34,067 nt of DNA, from positions 1-34,067 of the forward strand of contig CATMOE010000042.1 in NCBI GenBank assembly GCA_950072105.1, in the 5' to 3' direction. This document shows positions 28,628-34,067 of the stretch, piece after piece. Below the pieces are notes generated by a model, which saw only the letters and a program-made list of their open reading frames with translations, was not told the origin of the DNA and ran no database searches. Source of the DNA: an uncultured Dehalococcoidia bacterium. GTDB lineage: Bacteria > Chloroflexota > Dehalococcoidia > Lucifugimonadales > UBA3495. The position numbers and the translations under genes were made by a program. Within the stretch, counting starts at the first letter, position 1. Every line of letters starts with the position of its first letter.

Positions 28628-29587
28628 GTGACGGAGTTCACTGGTTCCGCTGACCAAGGCTCTGTTTTCCATCAACCGGTTCTTCTCTCCGAAACGTTGG
28701 AACGACTGTTGGTGCATCCAGGCGGCGTTTATCTGGATGCCACCGCGGGCGAAGGTGGACACGCCTCCGCCTTGCTTCAAGCCTCAGCTCCCGGAGGCCG
28801 GGTGTTGGGCATCGATCGTGACCCCCGTTCTTTGGCCAGGGCGGCCGTTCGTCTGGAGCGATTCGGCGAAAGTTTTATTCCCATTCAAGGTAATTACAGC
28901 CAAATGGTGGCTATGGCCAACGATCACGGAATCGACCGGGTTGATGGGATACTCATGGACTTGGGTCTGTCTTCCCGCCAGCTTGATACACCAGGATATG
29001 GGTTCAGTTTTCGGACGGATGAACCCCTGGATATGCGATACGACCCCAATGGGCCTCTTTCCGCGGACGACATCGTCAACGCCTACTCTGAAGAGGACCT
29101 GGCCAACGTTATATTCCGGTATGGTGAGGAACCCCGGTCCCGCCGAATCTCCCGGACGATCGTCCGCAACCGGCCCATCAACTCCACCGGCCAACTGGCT
29201 TCCCTAGTTGCGGCAGCTTTGGGTCCGGGATCAAGGAAGGGAAACCGGGTACACCCAGCAACACGTACTTTCCAGGCACTCCGTATAGAGGTCAACGATG
29301 AGTTGGCTAGCGTGGAGACTGGATTAGCTGCGGCGATCGATCTATTGGCCCCCTCTGGAAGACTGGCGGTCATCAGCTACCACAGCCTGGAAGACAGGAT
29401 AGTTAAGACTGCCTTTCAACGGGAGTCCGCCGCCTGTATCTGCCCTCCGGGACTTCCGGTATGCGTTTGCCAGCACGAGCCTACTTTGAACCTAATAAAT
29501 CGCAGAATAATCAGGCCATCTTCGGAGGAAGTGGCCGGTAATCCACGAAGCCGCAGCGCCCGGATGCGGGTAGCGGAGCGCCGCTGA
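28628..29587 (+). CDS. rsmH: 16S rRNA m4C1402 methyltransferase RsmH (MraW)
   Basis: HQPVLL, DATAGEGGH, DLGLSS, PLDMR, HPATRTFQALRIEVNDEL, ISYHSLEDR, NPRSRSA. GTG 28628 follows GGAG (the open frame extends up to 28511). Confidence 0.93.
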   Translation: MTEFTGSADQGSVFHQPVLLSETLERLLVHPGGVYLDATAGEGGHASALLQASAPGGRVLGIDRDPRSLARAAVRLERFGESFIPIQGNYSQMVAMANDHGIDRVDGILMDLGLSSRQLDTPGYGFSFRTDEPLDMRYDPNGPLSADDIVNAYSEEDLANVIFRYGEEPRSRRISRTIVRNRPINSTGQLASLVAAALGPGSRKGNRVHPATRTFQALRIEVNDELASVETGLAAAIDLLAPSGRLAVISYHSLEDRIVKTAFQRESAACICPPGLPVCVCQHEPTLNLINRRIIRPSSEEVAGNPRSRSARMRVAERR

Positions 29588-29630
29588 AGGGTCCGGCAAG
29601 GCCCAACCAGGATGAAAGGACGGTATTGAT

Positions 29631-30887
29631 TTGAGTAAGGAAACGTTCTACACCGCTGTTGACATCGGCAGCAATAAGGTCTGCTCTATCGTTGCTAGGG
29701 TGGGTGCTGAAGGGGATCTGAAGATCTTGGGGACCGGAATGGTTACCTCCCAAGGGATGCAGAAAGGCCGCATAGACAACATAGATGAGGTCAAAGTCGC
29801 CGTTAAATCCTCCTTGGAAGAAGCACAAAGGTACATCGGCCGGGGAGTCATCTCCGGAGTGTATGCCGGTGTTAGCGGGTCCCACATCAGTTGTCTTAAC
29901 ACGAAAGACATGATGGAAAATCCCAGCGCCGATGAAGATATTGGTCCTCAGCACCTGGATCAGTTGATCCGGTCGTCCTTTCCCAAAGTGGACCCGTCTC
30001 AAGAGATTCTGCACATGATACCCATTGGGTATGAAGTCGATGGCATGGAAGCGGTGCGAAATCCCGCCGGGCTTCACGCCAAGCATATAAACGTTGAATC
30101 CCATGTAGTGATGGGAGACGCGGCAACGCTAAGAAATACGGTTAAAGCCATTGAGGCCAGCCGGGTTTCGGTCAGGAGCTTGGTCGTGGAATCGCTGGCG
30201 TCTGCTGAGTCCACTCTGACCGGCGACGAGAAAGAGATGGGCGCCGTATTGGTCGATATCGGCGGCGGGACCATTGATCTAATGATTTACCGTCAGGGAA
30301 ACCCGTGGTATTCGGCGGTGATTCCAGTGGGCGGCAATCAACTCACCAGGGACCTGGCCGTGGCTATGCGCATCCCTTATTTCTTGGCTGAAGACATCAA
30401 ATTGAAGTGGGGTAATGCCTTGCCTGAACTAGTTCGGGCAGACGAAGAAGTGGTGGTGCCCAGCTTCCAAGGGCAGCCTCGAAGGATCGCCAAGCGCAAA
30501 GACCTTTGCGAACCCCTGCATGCCCGGACAGTGGAAATGCTTAAACAGATCTTGTTGCGGGTCCGCCAGTCAGGCCTACGGCAACTTCCAACCGCCGGGT
30601 TAGTGATTACGGGAGGATGCGCCGAGTTGCCCGGGATACGTGAACTGGCTCTGAAAACCTTGGGAGGTTCAGTTAGGTTGGCCTACCCTCAGGGCATCGC
30701 AGGGCTGCCTACGCAATTACAAAAAGCCAGCACCTCCACCGCGGTGGGACTGCTGCTTTGGGGAATCAAACATCAAGGGGAAAGGCGCTCCTATAGCACC
30801 AGAGACCGGACGGTCAAAGTCCACAGATCTCTGCGGGAGCGGCTGATGGGAGGTCGCAAACAAGAGCAAGGCGTTCAAGTCGGGTAA
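29631..30887 (+). CDS. ftsA: Cell division protein FtsA
   Basis: VDIGSNKV, VDIGGGT, PVGGNQLTRDL, ITGGCA actin-fold motifs. Directly upstream of ftsZ. Confidence 0.93.
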   Translation: MSKETFYTAVDIGSNKVCSIVARVGAEGDLKILGTGMVTSQGMQKGRIDNIDEVKVAVKSSLEEAQRYIGRGVISGVYAGVSGSHISCLNTKDMMENPSADEDIGPQHLDQLIRSSFPKVDPSQEILHMIPIGYEVDGMEAVRNPAGLHAKHINVESHVVMGDAATLRNTVKAIEASRVSVRSLVVESLASAESTLTGDEKEMGAVLVDIGGGTIDLMIYRQGNPWYSAVIPVGGNQLTRDLAVAMRIPYFLAEDIKLKWGNALPELVRADEEVVVPSFQGQPRRIAKRKDLCEPLHARTVEMLKQILLRVRQSGLRQLPTAGLVITGGCAELPGIRELALKTLGGSVRLAYPQGIAGLPTQLQKASTSTAVGLLLWGIKHQGERRSYSTRDRTVKVHRSLRERLMGGRKQEQGVQVG

Positions 30888-31022
30888 CCGCTGGGGATTG
30901 GCCCAGCCTGAAGACCGTATCGCGATGGCGACGCGTGATCGAATCAACAACACTGCGACGCCGAATGATACCGGAACAACCAGTGTAAAACAGGATAAAA
31001 CTCGTGATGTGGAGGGGAAACC

Positions 31023-32177
31023 ATGGTTTTGGAAAACTCAGCGTCTTGGGAGCCGGCACGGGAAAACTTGGATCCTTTGAACTTGATGCCCGAAGGGGGC
31101 CTGGCCGTCCCTATTATTAAAGTTTTGGGTATAGGCGGAGGCGGCAGTAACGCCGTGAGCCGGATGTTTAAGGAAAAGTTGCCCGTTGTGGAATACTATG
31201 CGGTCAATACCGACTCCCAACACCTTTTCCGCTGTGATGTGGCGCACCGGATCGCCATCGGACAGAACCTGACCCGGGGACTCGGTTCAGGCGCCCAACC
31301 CGACCTGGGTCGTCAGGCCGCGGAAGAGAGCCGGCAGGATATCGAGAAGGCTGTCGAAGGTGCCGACATGGTTTTCCTGGCCGTGGGTATGGGCGGCGGC
31401 ACCGGCACCGGCGCGTCGCCGGTGATTGCCCAGATCGCCAAGGAGTCGGGCGCTTTGACCGTGGCCGTGGTGAGCAAGCCCTTCTCCTTTGAAGCCAATA
31501 ACCGGCGCAAGAACGCCGAAGAAGGGATCGCCCGTCTCAGGGACCATGTGGACACGGTCATCGTGATCCCCAACGACCGGTTGTTGACCATGAACACCCA
31601 GGGCGAGCAGACCTTCACTTGGGAAGACGCCCTCAAGATGGCCGACTCCGTTTTGCAGCAAGCCATCCAGGCCATCGCCGAAGTGGTTACGGTACCCGGC
31701 GAGATCAACGTCGACTTTGCCGACGTGAAGACCATTCTCAGCAACGCCGGTCCCGCCTGGCTGGCCATCGGCAAGGGCCGGGGCGAAAACCGGGCGGTGG
31801 AGGCGGCCATAATGGCCACCAAGAGCCCGTTGCTGGATATCGCCATGGACGGGGCCAAGCGGATCCTGTTCGTGGTCAGCGGCGGCCCAACCCTTAGCCT
31901 TAAGGAGGTCCAGGAGGCCGCCAACGTCATCCAGGAAATGGCCGACCCGGACGCCAACATCATCTTCGGGACCTGCCGTGACCCCAAGTTGGACGACGAA
32001 GTAAAAATCACCATGGTAGCCGCTTCCTTCCCAGTGATGGCGGACAATGACCATGCCCGTGAAGCCGACCTGGAACGGCTGTTGCAGGACGTAATCCCCG
32101 AAAGCGAAGAGGAACTGGACGTTCCCAGCTTCCTGCGCCGCCAATCGTCCTCCAGGAACCGGGGGTTCTTCAGATAA
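31023..32177 (+). CDS. ftsZ: Cell division protein FtsZ
   Basis: GIGGGGSN, GMGGGTGTG, T7 loop INVDFADV, C-terminal peptide LDVPSFLRR. GGAGG SD at 31011. Confidence 0.98.
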   Translation: MVLENSASWEPARENLDPLNLMPEGGLAVPIIKVLGIGGGGSNAVSRMFKEKLPVVEYYAVNTDSQHLFRCDVAHRIAIGQNLTRGLGSGAQPDLGRQAAEESRQDIEKAVEGADMVFLAVGMGGGTGTGASPVIAQIAKESGALTVAVVSKPFSFEANNRRKNAEEGIARLRDHVDTVIVIPNDRLLTMNTQGEQTFTWEDALKMADSVLQQAIQAIAEVVTVPGEINVDFADVKTILSNAGPAWLAIGKGRGENRAVEAAIMATKSPLLDIAMDGAKRILFVVSGGPTLSLKEVQEAANVIQEMADPDANIIFGTCRDPKLDDEVKITMVAASFPVMADNDHAREADLERLLQDVIPESEEELDVPSFLRRQSSSRNRGFFR

Positions 32178-32195
32178 ACTAACCGGGCTAATATG

Positions 32196-32233
32196 ATGTG
32201 GCGCCCCCGGAAAACCATCCGGGGGCGCCACAT
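32196..32233. terminator. 16-bp perfect hairpin after ftsZ (no U-tract; stabiliser or terminator)
   Basis: ATGTGGCGCCCCCGGA-AAACCA-TCCGGGGGCGCCACAT. Confidence 0.6.
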
Positions 32234-32349
32234 GGAAAACCTACTGGAGCATGAAGCTCCACCAAATATGAGGAATATTCTCGGAAGCCTGGAAGCAATA
32301 ATACTCTTTCCTTAGTAACCTTAAACAAATAGGCGCCGAGAACCTTATC

Positions 32350-32385
32350 GAGGCCGTCCCACTATGGGGCGGCCTCTACTTTTTT
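32350..32385 (+). terminator. Intrinsic terminator
   Basis: GAGGCCGTCCCA-CTA-TGGGGCGGCCTC followed by TACTTTTTT. Confidence 0.7.
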
Positions 32386-32629
32386 GTCGATGGGGGACGT
32401 TGCCCCCGAGCCCTGGATTCGATAGCCGACGCCAATGGAAACAACGAGAACGCCTATTATGCCGAGGCCGGAGATAGGGAGTAGGGATTTCGCCCAGAAT
32501 ATCGGCTGGTATTTCCGAAATCCGCGATTACTTGCCTTGTTGTAGTGGCTGTGGATCGTACCAAGGGGACATAACATATTGAACGCAAATCAGTTCGGAG
32601 CCTGAGAGGCGGAATCCGGCGCGTTTCTA

Positions 32630-32709
32630 TTGACTTTGGCTATACTCGAGTATACAATCTGACTACTATCGGTGGTAGTTTGACATAAAACCTACACAGT
32701 ATGTAGTAT
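32630..32709 (+). promoter_or_regulatory. nrdR promoter with tandem NrdR boxes
   Basis: TTGACT (32630), 17 nt, TACAAT (32653). Boxes CTACTATCGGTGGTAG (32663-32678) and ACACAGTATGTAGTAT (32694-32709), 31 bp apart. Confidence 0.75.
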
Positions 32710-32751
32710 TCTTAAATGATTTCGGAATTATTTTAAGAAAATAGTCAAGAT

Positions 32752-33366
32752 ATGCATTGTCCTTATTGTACATTCAGTGATTCCAAGGTAACCGATTCCC
32801 GGGTGGTGGAAAACGGCATACGGCGCCGGCGGGAATGCCAGCGTTGCGGCCTTCGATTCACCACCTATGAAAGGATTCAGGCAACCGCCCTGATGGTGTC
32901 CAAACATGATGGGCGGCGGGAGGAATTCAACCGGGAAAAGCTGATCATTGGGATCAGGAAGGCCTGCACCAAACGCCCGATCTCTTCCCGGACCATCGAG
33001 AAGATGGTGGAGGATGTTGAGGCGGAGCTGCAACATCTGGGTCAAGTAGAAGTCCCGACGTCCATTCTCGGCTCCATGGTGATGGAACGGCTGATGAAAT
33101 TGGACCGGGTCGCTTATATAAGGTTTGCCAGCATTTATCAGGACTTTCAGCAGATCGAAAGCTTTGAGCAAGCGGTGCAAGACCTCAGAGAAGAGAACAC
33201 CCAGCTACCTTTAATGGATGTGCCGCCCGGAGAACCTAGCCGTAAAAGGCGGAGGACCGCAAATGGCCAGGCTCGCCAGCGGGGCCGAATCTCAAAACCC
33301 AACGGCGATAGCAATATTCAAGAGTCAACCGGCGAACCAGAAGGAGATAACGTTGTCAAACAATAG
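32752..33366 (+). CDS. nrdR: Transcriptional repressor NrdR with a ~55-aa C-terminal extension
   Basis: CPYC..DSR..IRRRRECQRC..RFTTYE Zn ribbon, ATP cone, VAYIRFASIY. Confidence 0.96.
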   Translation: MHCPYCTFSDSKVTDSRVVENGIRRRRECQRCGLRFTTYERIQATALMVSKHDGRREEFNREKLIIGIRKACTKRPISSRTIEKMVEDVEAELQHLGQVEVPTSILGSMVMERLMKLDRVAYIRFASIYQDFQQIESFEQAVQDLREENTQLPLMDVPPGEPSRKRRRTANGQARQRGRISKPNGDSNIQESTGEPEGDNVVKQ

Positions 33367-33586
33367 CTTGCAATCTTCCGTTCTTTCCAGGCTGCTTACC
33401 TTAAACAGCGATATCCACGATTTGGAATCTCAGCTGCGTCAAGAACCAGTGCCCCGTCTGCGATTGGAGCATCATATAAGGTTCGAGACCGACAAGATAA
33501 ACAGCATAGCGGAAACTCAAGACGCCATCGATCAGAATGTGCGCGCCAGCTTAATGACTTGCTGGCTGGGAATGCCAGAAGAGTAG
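33353..33586 (+). CDS. Hypothetical 77-aa protein coupled to nrdR
   Basis: AAGGAG SD at 33341-33346, TTG at 33353, overlap with the nrdR stop. Helical-looking sequence MSNNSLQSSVLSRLLTLNSDIHDLESQLRQE...CWLGMPEE. Confidence 0.65.
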   Translation: MSNNSLQSSVLSRLLTLNSDIHDLESQLRQEPVPRLRLEHHIRFETDKINSIAETQDAIDQNVRASLMTCWLGMPEE

Positions 33587-33707
33587 CACTCCTTTTCCCC
33601 GTGGCTATCACGACGGGCATTTGGATATAAACCGGTCGAACTCTCGCGATGCGCCGTCGCTGCCAACTGGCTGCCCGTCCTGTTATTACATGGTTAAAGT
33701 GAACCGC

Positions 33708-33768
33708 GGAAATGCCGCCCTCCGTCGTCCTAGGAAGGACCACAACCGAGGGCGGATTTCCATTTTTT
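33708..33768 (+). terminator. Intrinsic terminator of the nrdR operon
   Basis: GGAAAT(G)CCGCCCTC ... GAGGGCGGATTTCC followed by ATTTTTT. Confidence 0.7.
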
Positions 33769-33832
33769 AGTAGCCTTATTCACGGATCCTTCCGAGATTT
33801 ATCGAAGTTCCCCATTTTCGTTCCGGGTACTA

Positions 33833-33913
33833 TTGACTTTCCAAATATCGGCTTGTACAATTTGGCCTACCATTTATGGTAGCAATTTGGCCCACTCATA
33901 CTCTATCTGGTAT
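33833..33913 (+). promoter_or_regulatory. Second promoter with tandem NrdR boxes (target gene beyond the window, probably ribonucleotide reductase)
   Basis: TTGACT (33833), 17 nt, TACAAT (33856). Boxes CTACCATTTATGGTAG (33867-33882) and ATACTCTATCTGGTAT (33898-33913), 31 bp apart. Confidence 0.75.
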
Positions 33914-34067
33914 TTGGTTGGATTTTTATACACTTTTAATATTAGTTGAAAGAAAAAGCCGCTGACCCCTAAAGTTTTCCCTCAGGGGACTCATCGGTGG
34001 ATCAAGCGGCGGGGCCTTCACTGACAGTAGGGCAAGGAAATGACAACATCGAGCGGTTAAGGTGTTA

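Noticed and set aside
30898..31080. 60-aa ORF between ftsA and ftsZ
   Set aside because: Poor SD spacing, low-complexity sequence, and a 58-nt overlap with the ftsZ start, which has a strong SD.
31287..32233. Two long antisense ORFs (314 and 306 aa) over ftsZ, with similar ones over topA and pepP
   Set aside because: These are shadow ORFs caused by strong GC3 codon bias on the sense strand. They have no protein-like motifs.
21166..32617. Identical 12-mer GAGGCGGAATCC upstream of efp (21166) and nrdR (32606)
   Set aside because: One shared 12-mer is expected by chance in a window of this size.
33584..33608. CIRCE-like TAGCACTC half-site (another partial one near 28069-28077)
   Set aside because: The second arm does not match GAGTGCTAA at the 9-nt spacing.

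Overview
This 34 kb window is mostly core chromosome from a GC-rich bacterium, most likely Chloroflexota/Dehalococcoidia (SAR202-like). That assignment is inferred from the collapsed rsmH-ftsA-ftsZ-nrdR cluster, the [12 protein letters not shown] PurN and the SDR-rich catabolic genes. Left to right it contains: (1) a catabolic patch (signal-less LivJ/AmiC-like binding protein, two SDRs, a nitronate-monooxygenase-family enzyme, an FAH-family hydrolase broken by an in-frame TAG, an MFS transporter); (2) an orphan NarL-type regulator; (3) ccmABCDE with a CxxxY-type CcmE and no ccmF/G/H; (4) a divergent zinc anti-sigma/ECF sigma pair, the sigma apparently missing 4 conserved residues; (5) a 2-oxoacid:ferredoxin oxidoreductase; (6) a long run dprA-topA-xerC-aroQ-pepP-efp-xseAB-purN; (7) tig-clpP-clpX; (8) a division cluster stripped of peptidoglycan genes; (9) nrdR plus an unknown 77-aa gene, flanked by two near-identical promoter and tandem NrdR-box modules. 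I found no transposase, prophage, CRISPR, rRNA or tRNA, and no clearly new multi-gene system. The best leads are the EF-P with a KMQQR tip loop, the NrdR module with its small unknown protein, the minimal dcw cluster with a possible mraZ relic, an inverted heptamer-repeat element upstream of efp, and several small gene lesions.
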